Shown here: positions 1 through 12,490 of the stretch, piece after piece
How the letters are laid out: each line of letters starts with the position of its first letter
Position numbering within the stretch: the first letter of the stretch is position 1
The notes under the pieces: model-generated
Told to the model about the DNA's origin: nothing
What the model saw: only the letters and a program-made list of their open reading frames with translations
Databases searched by the model: none
Program-made: the position numbers and the translations under genes
NCBI GenBank assembly: GCA_009103225.1
Contig: RHPI01002048.1
Span: 361,702-425,701, forward strand
DNA: 64,000 nt
Direction: 5' to 3'
Source: Chlorokybus atmophyticus
Lineage: Eukaryota; Plantae; Mesostigma and Chlorokybus algae

Positions 1-673
1 ACTCAGTCTGCAGCTGGCACACCAACGCCTTGGTAATTGCATCCAAGCGCTCTAACTCAATCACCCTTGCAGCAGCAGGTTGGCACGCGTGGTGGCCTCA
101 TCGCCAACACTCCTGCAAGGTGTGAAGATTCTATGTTGAGCGGTGCTTGACGTGCAGCCGGAGACGAGTGCAATACCCACCATGCTTTTGCTTACTTGCA
201 CAGAGATTGCAAGCTTACCTGCTTAGTTTGTTGCGCAGTTGAGTCTGCTAATGACGCACGGTGCTCTTGCTCAGCCAATTGCGCAGCCAAGTTGTTGGCG
301 AGCTTGGTGGCATAACCCTCTGCCACCTTCAACCACTGGCAGGCAGGTAACATCAGTCATGCTATTGCAAGCATTGCAACACCAATGTGTCATTCTTCAG
401 TGTATTAACCTCTTGCTGACCTGACAGGCATGAAGCTCCCGCAGCATGTCCTCCAGCGCGCCCCCACGCTCGGCCAACAAACCCAGCAAAACCACTAACC
501 TCCACAGCGGTATTCTCCCTTGCCAACACAGTTTAAGTGCACAGCTCCTCGACACTTGGAGACTTTGCGCGCAACACCCGCAGCTCTTGCTCCAAGAACA
601 ATCCATACTCTTGCCAGCGCTCACACTCACGCGCAGCCTCATCAGCATCCCTGGCCCGGTCTAACTACTCTTG

Positions 674-2378
674 CTATATCCTCTGCTGCAATGCTGCTAG
701 GCTCTGAGACAGATCACTACTAGGAAGTTTAGAGTCTTCACTCATTTGAGACAGGATTGAAGCTGTCTGGCTGCCACCTTCTGATGCCTGAGTCATTCCA
801 CAGCCTTCGTTCTGATGAAGGCTTAACGCATGAGACATTCTTGCATTAGCTAGCTCCGCAGCAGCCAATGCAGTGGACACACCCTCCAGTTGTTGCATTA
901 GTCCACACCTATCTGTTCCCCACGCAGCCACCACATCCTGCACCAATTGATGAGCACTCTCTTTAGAATTGAACACCATCATTGTGCACCGGTAGTACAG
1001 CTCAGCTTGTGCCAATATAGCAGCCCACCACAGCACACAGCAGCGTTGTTGATACTTACAACTTGATCAACTTGACCAACCTGATACTTACAACTCGAGA
1101 CTGCAGCACTTGCAAGTCTTGCCTCACCCCATAAGACACCATTGCAGCGTTGCATGTGGAACACACGCACACACTGTGGCATCCATGCATCCAGCACTCA
1201 CAAGCACACACACACACACGGTGGCATCCATGCATCTAGCACTCACAAGCACACACACACATACACACACACACACACACATGCTGACCTGCAGTGAGGA
1301 CATGTTCTCCGCACTCAAGGTCTTGTTGAATACCGGCACACTCCCATCTAGCGCATTGCCAACCTCAAAACCTAAGGCATAACATAGTTTGCGTCAAGTA
1401 TCTATACAAATTAAGGATATGTATACGGGCGAACATAAGGACGATGCGGACCTCCGCCATAAGTGCTGCTGCGCGCCTGGTTACCTGCTCTTGTATGCCG
1501 AGAGCCATGCAGCACACTGTTGTCACAACTTTAGCTAACATATAGGTGGGCTGCGCAGGCTCGGAGGGCTGAACATTGCTGTCATATGCTTCCGGAGGCA
1601 GACTGCCATGCAGCCCACCACCTAGTTGTGCAAAGCGTCCTCCACCCTCTCCCGCACGGTCTACATTCTTCTGATTTTCAGTCCGCCCACTCTGCAACCA
1701 CCAAGATGGTCATGACCAATGCAATGTCACCCTTAGTATGCATCCTCATACCCCCTTATCCACAGCATCACTCACCACATAAACACTGCCAAGAGGAGGG
1801 CTGATGTACGGGGTTGATACTCTCCTCACCACCTCCTCCTGCAGCCCAACAGATCCTGGTGGACGCCACTCAGGGTGTATACCCTGCACATTACACAGCA
1901 CACATTGCCATACACCACACACACGCAGCACATAATACACGGTTATTGGGGACACACTCACCTGCAGCATATGCAGAGTACGCCTATCAGAACCTAACCT
2001 TCAACACCGTTCGGAGGTTGCCACAGCAGTAAGCACTTCGCTATCATTGAGCCCGTCAGATAAGTTGAGGTCAACACGCAGGGCCTCGATCACATTCTTG
2101 TGCTTGGCGCGGTACTTCTTTGCAGATGCAGACTGAGCAGGTCGACGTTTCTTGTTGGCAGCCTCATCTCCAGGTGCGGACCCTGTACCCTCAGCATTGC
2201 GCTGTCTTATACCTCGTGGCGCATTCGCATGAGAGGCCTTTCCCCACAGCTCCCCCTGCTCTCCCTGCTCCCCCTGCTCCCTATCCCCCTCACCGTCACA
2301 ATCAGTGTGCTCCTCATGCTGGCCGCTCAGGTTCTCACCATTAAAATCCCCCCCAACACTCTGACCCTGACTGCCCAT
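674..2378 (-). pseudogene. Degenerate multi-exon ORF of unknown function (possibly a TE-borne or decaying gene)
   Basis: Several minus-strand open segments (2001-2411, 1746-1970, 1365-1697, 674-1036) are separated by CA/GT-rich intron-like tracts with GT donors. There is a basic helix-like stretch (SASAKKYRAKHKNVIEALR). The frames do not splice cleanly (stop at 2001), and no family was recognised. Confidence 0.3.
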
Positions 2379-2790
2379 AACCCACCCACACGGACACCAA
2401 CGCCGCCACAACCACTACAACAAGGCTTACGTCGTCCCGAATGCCACTGCATAGCACTTTAACAGCCACAACACCACATTTAAAACTTTGCAAACCTCGC
2501 GCTCAATCTCACGTGCCTACTGCGCATAGCGTCAACATCCGCCGACAAACCACGCCATTCGATTGTCCACGACCACTCCCCATGACGCCGACACATTACG
2601 ACCCAGACCGGCATTTCACCACCTATGACAACCCGCAATGACGCTGACAGCTAACGACGACTGTCAACGCCAACGGCGCTGCATCACTCAAAATGATGCA
2701 GTGAAAACCCCTCGGGCCTCACCACTGCCCTGGTCCGGTCAATCGGACCATGCCGAACCACTGGTACGCTCAAGCGTATTAAACCTGGTC

Positions 2791-3293
2791 TGTCACGAAT
2801 TTGGATAAATTGTGACAAACCTCACTCATGGTAGTGTCTTTTACTACCGTAGCGTAGTGGTCGGGCCCCAATTGTTACAATGGTATCGGAGCTTGACGTC
2901 TCAGGGTCAATTCCCGTAGGGGACTGAGGCAGATCCAAGGCAAAAACAAAACATTTGGAGCGGCTTGCCCTAGGGCGGGGGATCACGACCTGCGCGTCGA
3001 GCCAATTCAACCTAAGGCCGAGTGAGCGGTCGCGGTGCGATGGCAGGTCGCGTGGTGAGGATGGCCGTTCGGTCAGTTGAAACCGTTCGTAGGCCAGATC
3101 CAACAGGCCGCGGGCAGACCAATCGTGGTACGGTTGCGAACACGGCGACGTGGGCTAGTGCCTCATTGGATTATGAGGAACTCATGGGTCAAATTGGGGA
3201 GGAATGTTACGAATTGGGATGGATTGTGCCAAACCTCACTCATGGTAATGTCTTTTACTACCATAGCCTAGTGGTCGGGCCCCAATTGTTACA
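2791..3293 (+). mobile_element. TRIM (terminal-repeat retrotransposon in miniature), structurally complete, non-autonomous
   Basis: Two 89-bp direct repeats (2791-2879, 3205-3293) start TGT and end ACA, with 8 mismatches by hand alignment. A PBS-like TGGTATCGGAGC lies at 2881-2892 and a polypurine tract GGGGAGGAA at 3196-3204. A perfect 5-bp target-site duplication TGGTC flanks it (2786-2790, 3294-3298). No coding capacity. Confidence 0.92.
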
Positions 3294-4106
3294 TGGTCTG
3301 CCCTGTGAAAAGCTTGCTCGAATCTTGCTGATGGTAGCGTGCATGCTCGTACTGGCGTAACATGCATTTCACGTAAATTGCGTGACGCATCCAACACATA
3401 TACCATAGCACGCGTGAGCTTTCAAGCGTCAAAGGATTAATGCAGGCAATTTCACTGAAGCATCATGTTGCATTGAATTCAAAGCCTTCACTGCAGAGCT
3501 GAATAATTTGACTCTATAAGCCTTTCACTGCATCATGCAATATGATTCACTTGCATGTGATGTTATAATCAAATATACAGCATGTATAGCATGTATAGCT
3601 TTAGAGCATGAGCCTATGCTATAATATGCGGCAGTATCTTACACATCTGCAATCTTAATTCAAAAGATTTTGTTGCATGCATATTTAAGGTATATTATTT
3701 AAATACACAAGGCAAAGCGCAGCATGGCCAATAACTCAAGTAACCAAAGCGACACTATTTTAACCACAAGCGCCGGCCATAATGAGAACACCCGAAATCG
3801 GCTGATCGTTGTTGTTTGGTTAAAGTTCAACACTGAGTGCATACGGCAAGTGCTCCATGTTATGGGCACATAACAGGCACCCGTTACTTACCCCAACTTG
3901 CAAGCTGCAGTGGATGCAATTGAATGGAACAAGTGTAAATATGTATAAGCAAAATGATAGCTTGTCATAAAGATAGTTCTAAGCTGTATGCATTCTATGG
4001 ATGATGAACTATTGAACTAATGGGTTGATTGATGTTGATAAATATAACGTTACTACCTATGTGTTTAAGTCTAAGCGTGCAAGAATCGCTTAAGTCCGTA
4101 GTCAGG

Positions 4107-4633
4107 TGTAACGGGAGCAATCATAATAAGGGTATTATTGCTACCTTAATAACACATTTTGTATGAATAAGTATCTAAATATGCTTATGTATACCTCTTT
4201 TCTACGGTTCCTCGCTTATTAAAGGCTATGATGCTTTATTATAGCTTAAATAAGTCCCAATGGGCGTAGAGTCGCTTATTCAAGCCTATTTAGTGTCAAA
4301 TTTGATAAAATGTGGTCACCATCTTGTTAAGTACCTTACGATAGGTATCTTTCGATAGGTACCTTATCGATAGGTACTATATCTGAGCTGTGATTGGCTC
4401 ACGCTAGATTTCCTAATTACCATATCTGTAGGGTCGATGTCTAATTGCTCGTTAATTATCTAGAGGTATATATTTGATATACTCTTAATATAAAGGGTTA
4501 CATCAAACTGATGTGGGGGACTTTCAGTTCTCTGCTCAGTGGCAGCCACGCCGCTGAAAGGCTTGTCATAGGCGGTGTGGGTGTTGGGGTAGAGGATTGA
4601 AGGGGCATCACCGGCGACGGTGGTGCTGTTACA
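4107..4633 (+). repeat. 5' LTR of the adjacent Ty3/gypsy element
   Basis: Bounded by inverted termini TGTAAC (4107) and GTTACA (4633) and followed immediately by PBS-like TGGTATCCAGGAGC (4635). It contains short internal repeats (CGATAGGTA, ~4339-4378). The 5' boundary is inferred from the inverted terminus only, since no matching 3' LTR was seen. Confidence 0.7.
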
Positions 4634-4634
4634 T

Positions 4635-6955
4635 TGGTATCCAGGAGCGGGGGGGTGACGTGGGTACTTATAGGGGGCGGCGACCTGCTTTCGGCCAATC
4701 AGAAGGCGTCGGCGGTGGCCTCCTATTCGTCCACGCAGCCCAAGCTTCAAGTTAGCTTCCCTGCGCTACCTCCACGTTGAAGCCACCCATCAAAGAGGCG
4801 GCCTTTCCACGTGTGAGCTCGCAACCAGCTGCACAATCTGCGTCAGAACGGGCGTCCGGTTCAGCAGTATATCCAGGACTTCCAGTCTTTTGTCAGCAAG
4901 ATCAATGCTGGCAAACTACCCATCAGTGATGCTGATCAGCTGGATATGTTCAGGCGTGGCTTGGACACAGATCTCGTGCAGCATGTGGCCGTTCACCCCG
5001 CGAGTTTGCAAGAGTGGGCCTCGACAGATTTACGATGTTTGGTTCTACCTATTCTACCGATGTTTGGTTCTACCTAAGTTAGGCGATCACAAATTCTATG
5101 CCAACCTGGCCAAATGCAACTTTGTAAAGGATGAACTGCCCTTTTAGGGCATGTGATTGGCAAAGAAGAATTGAAACCAGATCCTCAAAAGGTGTGTGCG
5201 GTGAAGGATTGGCCACCACCCAAGGATGTACATCAGTTACGTGCTTTCTTGGGGCTAGCCAATTATTTCCGTAAGTTCATGCGAGCATATTTTAGCATGG
5301 CAAATCCTTTAACATCTTTACCAAGAAAGGATGTTAAATTTGTGTGGACGGAGGCACATGAGGTTTCTTTTACACGCATTAAAGATGCATCAACACAAGC
5401 CCCTGTGTTAGCCTTCCCCGACCACACCAAGCCTTTTGTGGTGATCAGTAATGCTTCCACCATTGGGTGTGGGGCAGTCCTTCTACAGGATGACAGACCA
5501 TGTGCATATGAAAGCAGAAAGTTCATTCCTGCTGAATGTATTTACACAACCACTGAGCAGGAATTGCTTAGAGTGGTGCACGCGCTGCGCACATGGCGTT
5601 GCTACTTGGAAGGTGTGGGATTTCAGTGATTACATATCACAACCCGCTCACATTCTTTCATACGCAACAAAATCTGTCGAGGCGGCAAGCTAGGTGGAAT
5701 AACTTCAATTCTCGTTTCACTTTCACTTGGCAATCCCGTCCGGGTCGCACCAATGTGGCAATTCCACTAAGTCGTAGCCCTACTCTTTTTGCACTTACGC
5801 GCTCTCAAAGTACGCGCAATGTACAACAGCCTGAAGATCCTTTCCTAAACGAAATGTCCACAGGTGATAACTTAGATGGTTAGTTTAGCAGTCAAACCAA
5901 CTTGCAATAGCTTACTGCTGTTAGCAATCTGTGGTATGAAGGGGAGCAGTTGGCAATTCCCAACTCGGGCGACTTGCGTAAGCAATGCTTACATTCAGTG
6001 CATGACCCGCCGTATGCTTGGCATTTGGGGAAACACAAAACACTCAAAGCTGCGCAACAGATATAGTGGTGGCCGTTAATGTCAGCTGATGTGGATCAAT
6101 ATGTTCACATGTGACGTGTGTCAACGTAATAAGCCACTACGACAAAAACAAGCGGGATTGCTTAAACCATTGGTAATTCGAGAACAAAAGTGGGATCGTG
6201 TCAGTATGGGTTTGATTACTGACCTACCTACAACAGCAGCCTAATACACTGCTATTGTGGTTTTTGTCGACCGTTTGACCAATATGGTGCATTTTGCCCC
6301 GTGTTGCACAACTGTGAGTGCACGGGACTTAGCACATTTATTTGTGTCCACGGTCTTTCAAGTTTACAGAGTACCGCGTGAGCGTATCACAGATCGTGAT
6401 CCTTGGTTTGTCTCCAAGTTTTGGAGAGAAGTCTGTGAATTGTTCGGGTTAAAACAAAGCATGTCGACTGCTTTCCACCCGCAAACGGACAAAGTGAGCG
6501 AGCAAATCAAATACTGGAAGAATTGCTTCGCCACTATGTGGCGCCTAACCATGCTGATTGGGACGGGTACTTGTCAATGGCAGAGTTCGCTGTGAACAAC
6601 GTGTGGCAGGAATGTGTAAAGGAAACCCCAATATTCTTGAATTATGGGATTCGCCTGAACACACCAGCGTCATTGCGTGTACCTCGCAATGCCTTGACTG
6701 TACCAGCGGGAAAGGAATTTGCTACTGATATGCCAGAAAATTTGGCTCGAGCCAAGCTATGTCTGTCAGAAGCACAGCACAGGCAAAAAGCGTATGCCGA
6801 TACACGTCGAAGAATGACCATTTTTGATGTCGGCGATAAAGTTTTGCTTAACGCAAAGAACATAACCATCAAAGGTACGGGTGCTCGAAAGTTGCCCGAT
6901 GGTTAGGTCCTTTCTCTATCACTCATAAAGTTGGTACGCACGCTTATGTGGACCT
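4635..6955 (+). mobile_element. Degenerate, internally deleted Ty3/gypsy LTR retrotransposon (gag fragment, RT C-terminus/RNase H, integrase)
   Basis: Gag-like LHNLRQNGRPVQQYIQDF...MFRRGLD (~4820-4980). RT-thumb/RNase H KCNF...PDPQKV.AVKDWPPP...LRAFLGLANYFRKF...YESRKF...TEQELL (~5090-5630). Integrase VFVDRLT.MVHF...TDRDP.FVS.FW...STAFHPQTD and WLGPF (~6200-6950). Many stops and frameshifts; protease and most of RT are missing; truncated at the 3' end. Confidence 0.9.
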
Positions 6956-8241
6956 TATGTGGACCTAATGCGGATGCAATTAATGTAATTATACTCTCCC
7001 TGTGTGAAGCTAGGGCACGCAATTGCGTCATTGATTTGGTCACTGGAGACATTGAAGGTCTTTTCTAAGGCCTCAATCTAGGTAGCTCATATGTGCAAGC
7101 CAACCAGCACAACTCAAGGGCACAATTTTATAGCAACATATGTTGTTTCAAAGTGAATTAAGCATTGATCATTATTTTGAGGCCCAGTATTTAGAGTTAC
7201 AAAATCCCCTTGCAGTCCAAGGAGTCCGCTGCAATAAGAGAGAGCGTGCGAGTAAGGCTAGTTTCGCAAAGTCGTGAAAATTCTTAAGTCCTTGACTCCC
7301 ACTTGGCACGCATGTAAGAAGCAATCAGTTACGACGTTGTAAGAATTCATGAGTGAGTGACTAGTTAATTGCTACTTGCACGTAGGACAAGGCAGCCGCC
7401 AACTCCTACGGCCGCAAATAATATTACGTAAATTGAAAGGCATGCGGGTTTAGCGCCTAGCTTAAAATACGCCACCTCGCTTAACTAGGTCGAATGAATT
7501 AAGTTCTTCGAGAGGTTGGGGGAATTAAAGCCGAGTTGGCTGGTAGTTCTCTTTTTCTCTCCCACTACTGGAGCCTCACCGCGACGACTTTAGCCGGAGT
7601 GAATAGTATACCGAGGCGAGGGATAGTTCTCGGCGAAGTCGCTAAGTGAACTAACGGGTTGGGGAGATTGAAGCCGAGATAGGTCTCGGCGGGGAAATAT
7701 GCGAAGTCGCAAATTGGTTTGGAAGTGGCGGAGCCGCTCAAGTTTAAACTTAGCGTTTGCCGGATGAAATCATTTGGGGTATGAACAAAGTAGCTGTTAA
7801 GTGTCTTAGTGAACTGATGGACCCCTTGCCGTCCGAGTGAATCACTAGGAGGTAGGAAAAAGGGCCCTCGTTATATAATCTAGCAGTTTCCACACAAAAA
7901 GCTCGCAGCTTGAAGATTACGTCATATTTGTTATGGTGCATGTTAATATGATGTACGTGTGTCAATAACTTGTGCATCTCCTACAAGAAGTGATCTTGAT
8001 ATGTCTTTGTATGACAAGCGCGTGAAACAAATATGTGCATTGTAATATATGATGATAATGATGATGAATGCAAACGTTAATCTGGCATTCAAGTGCATAA
8101 TGGGTGCGGAGAGAGCCTCGTAGGATTTGATTCACATGATAAAGGGTCTTTGTACATGGATCATAAATAGCGAGGCCATAGCAAAAATCATTTCAGCCCA
8201 GCATTTTGTTCATGAATGATAGTTTGTGATAACCTTGTTAA

Positions 8242-8244
<3 letters not shown>

Positions 8245-8317
<73 letters not shown>
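8245..8317. repeat. Poly-C homopolymer ending in an N
   Basis: Uninterrupted C run followed by N; the length is unreliable and may be an assembly or gap artefact. Confidence 0.6.
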
Positions 8318-9020
8318 NCACAAGCCGCCAACTTTATCACAGTAAAATAGCAAATTTCACGTTTTATCGTATTTAGTCACATTTTTAATGAACACTGGCC
8401 ATGGACCCTTAAGTAAGCCTTAACAGTAGACTACATATCAATCGTCCGACATGTCACACCTAGTGGAGTGATTGGTTGATGGGGCTCCATTTGCTGCCTT
8501 GCGACCAACGGTGCAGAAAAACTTGGACGATATCAGCGACGATGTCGAGGCACAACCAACACGTAAACTTGTACATGTAGCTTTATCAGCAAATTATATT
8601 TGCGGAATTACTGTTTCATGTGCATATTGCATACCGTGTACAATGTGTGAAGTTATATTGCTTACAATACCAACGAATTGCATGTTTGCCACACGTATAT
8701 ATTATTATGGTAGACAAGTTTATTGATGATATTAACCATTTACAAGGGGACTTAAAAAGATAGGGCAATTTCGTTGAATGAATGCAAACCATGTCGTGTA
8801 TTGGCAGCGCGGAGTAAATATGCGTGCGAGGGTGGCATGGGGGTGGGGGGTGGTTCGTCAACGGAGCTTTGACGGGGTAAGCATACTTATCACGTGATTA
8901 CGTGATTATAAGTTGCGGGTTACAACACGAATATGAAAGTCATATATGCATAGTGCATTAATAATGCAATGTGGGATTATGTAACAAAATATCATACATT
9001 ATGCACCCGGTGGTATAATT

Positions 9021-9706
<686 letters not shown>

Positions 9707-12490
9707 NATAGGCATGGCATATTTGATAGAGACTAAAATGAGTGTTTGACTTTGTTACATGCAATCTTCATTTTAATGCTATCGGTAAAGGAATGGGGGG
9801 AGGGGGCATGGTAAGGGCTTCAGCCACAAAGAACTACTTGTTGTGTGAAGGGGAGGTGTGGGTTCGGTCTTTATCCTATGCTCGACAAAGTGTCCTCATG
9901 ACGGCCTTGCAATGTGAATAAGAGTACGATTTAAGTTTCAACCCGCACCGTAAAAAGCGAACAACGAACGCTGGCTTGTTTTTTTTATCACAGTCCTTTC
10001 CTGGGGTTGCATATAACTTAAGAAAATACGACTTGCCACAGTTTTGTAGAGTTACTCAATCCCATCCACAAGCCTCACCACCCGCACCTTTAAAGACCCT
10101 TGCTGCCGCCACTGTCGGCGACAGCTTGACAGCGGCGTGATATTAGCAAAATGCACTGTAAGTGCATTTTGCTAATATTAAGTATCACGCCATCAAATTC
10201 TGCAAACTCGTCAATATATGCAGCTCTCGCTCCGCGCACACCGCCCTCCCTCCCCACACGTACGCCAATGTTCTTGTTCACCCATTGAACATGGGTTATT
10301 GTTTGGTTAAAAGACTATATTTGATAGCAGGATTAATAGTATAGTTCCATTGATAACCATAGAACATATAAGCGCTGATCAACGTGCGTATCACCATCAT
10401 CATACACGAAGTTGATTGCTACCATGTGGGTATGATAATGAAGCTCTGGTAAAATACCCCTTTATGTTGGAGAGGGGGCCTTGGTAAGGAGGGGGGGGGG
10501 GGACAAAGCAGCACATTGCTGCTTGGGTCAGCGCGTAGAAAGATGATCTGCACTGCAGACCATTCCGTGCGTATATCCACGTCAGACTAGGCCTGCATAC
10601 GACACAGCACATTGTGCACCAGCAGAAGACTCGTAACTATGAGTCATAACTGACTCATGTGGCAGGACCTGCCGTACGTGTTTGCTCTGCCGTACGCCGG
10701 CTGCCCGCAAGCAGTTGCCAGCAATGCTTGGTAGTAGTCGTGACTCACAACCTGCGAAACGAACCTCCACTCAATGATAGGTGTAGGCCTATGGAAGCCC
10801 GGCTGATAATCAACAGTCTGACAAATCAGGAGTAAAGGCGTATTGGCGCGCAATAATTGCACGCCGAAGGAACAACATCGTCATACCCGAGGCACTGCCC
10901 GCCGCGTGTGTCTTTGTTTCTAGTTTACATGCACAGTTCAACGCACACACCACACACACCACAGCGCCTGTCATGAATCTTGCAGCCCTTCTTGCCTTGT
11001 GTAAAACATAACATGTTACAGGCTTCAGCTGCCGTTTCAGCAATGGCGGCGCGCGCTGTTTGGCGCGGCAAGCCGCTGCAGCACTGCTCTGGGTCGCCCG
11101 AAACACTTCGAAACTCTCAGCAACCGCCAACAAGATGCTGTCTACAGGGTGCAAACCATTGGCATCTGGCGAGTGGTGCACTGAGCCAGGTGCAACTGGC
11201 AAAAGGTGGCTAAGCATTGCTATGACCACGTCCTTAAAGACACATGTTTTGGCAGTTTTAAAAGATTTCGGGAGTCTTGCTTCATTGTAATCTTTATGTT
11301 TATAACTATTGTTGCTGAAACTTGAGTCGTAGGATCTTTGATCTCATAATCGTAATTACATCATCAATATAATGCATGCCCATAATGCAAAATGTATCGG
11401 CACATAGCTATGTGTTATATACTAAATTATATTCCATGTGGTTTATCAGACAAACCCTGCATTTATGCAATCCGCAACATTAGCCACCAACTTCATCACG
11501 GTCTTTTATGCATTAATGCTCCACTATCAACAGGGATTTTAAAAGTAGCCGAAGAGGTTGTGCTGTACATAGTCTTAATCTCGTAATCATAATTAGCGTT
11601 TCAAAGCATATTAAAACTTTAAAATTGCGTACGGCAGTTTGTACATCACGCGTAACGTGTTTTTGATCCATTAAATTTCATGCTCACGTATGCAATCTAT
11701 TTAACATAAATACAAATGCACAAGCATGCGCATAATATATGTGTATGTATGCTTGGGTATACAATCCCATGCGCTAAAATATATACTTTATGCATATCAT
11801 ATTATTATAACATTATTTTAAATAACACATAAAATAGCAATCGCAATTGCCTTTTATTTAAGTTAACCAAAATAAATTTATCGTACAAGTTAACTTTTGT
11901 TCTCAGCGCAATTTGTCTAATACCGGTATCCATAGAGCGGCATGCTTGTGTGACATAATGACTTTGGTAACGAACAACGCACGCATGTACCGCATGACAA
12001 GCAAGTCTGCACCATGAACAACAGTCCGTTATGTTGCATTGTTGATTCGTCTGGAGGTTTCACCAAGCACCATGATAAGTGAACCCGACTTGCACCGCCA
12101 CTGGAGATGCCCCACAGCGACCTGCGCGTACGGCCCAAACAGCCAGCACGTACGGCAAAAACTGCTGCCCGCCATTGGTGTCGACATCCAAACTTCTGGC
12201 GCGCTCTGCATGCAGCTCGGCGCGTGGCGATACCGGGCGTTCGATTTCGCCGCTGTGTCGTCCCCGCTGCCGCCCGCGGAGCAGACTGCTGCTGGTGCCG
12301 CTGTGCAGTACAGCGTGTGCTGCACGCTCTCAAAACTACGCCTTTAGCCACGGCCACCGTCACGAGCGTCGTCGCCGCCGGAGGCCAAAGGGCTGAAGGC
12401 GGCGGCGGCGGCAGCAGTTCACTGAGGCTTCTGGCTGTTTAGGAGGAGTGTGTAAGGGTGTTTGGCTGTGAGGCTTCTGTTGAGACGGGC

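Noticed and set aside
1160-1280. Tandem ~43-bp duplication (GTGGCATCCATGCATC.AGCACTCACAAGCAC) spaced by CA runs, superficially CRISPR-like
   Set aside because: There are only two copies, the spacers are microsatellite, the context is a eukaryotic intron-like region, and no cas genes are present.
7500-7720. Short dispersed repeats (GGTTGGGG...AAGCCGAG, GCGAAGTCGC) after the gypsy remnant
   Set aside because: They may be subterminal repeats of another element, but no termini, TSD or ORF could be defined.
10100-12363. Minus-strand ORF fragments, including a transit-peptide-like 11917-12363 and a Cys/Trp segment (CRTCWLFGPYAQ)
   Set aside because: They could not be spliced into a coherent gene and match no family I recognise.
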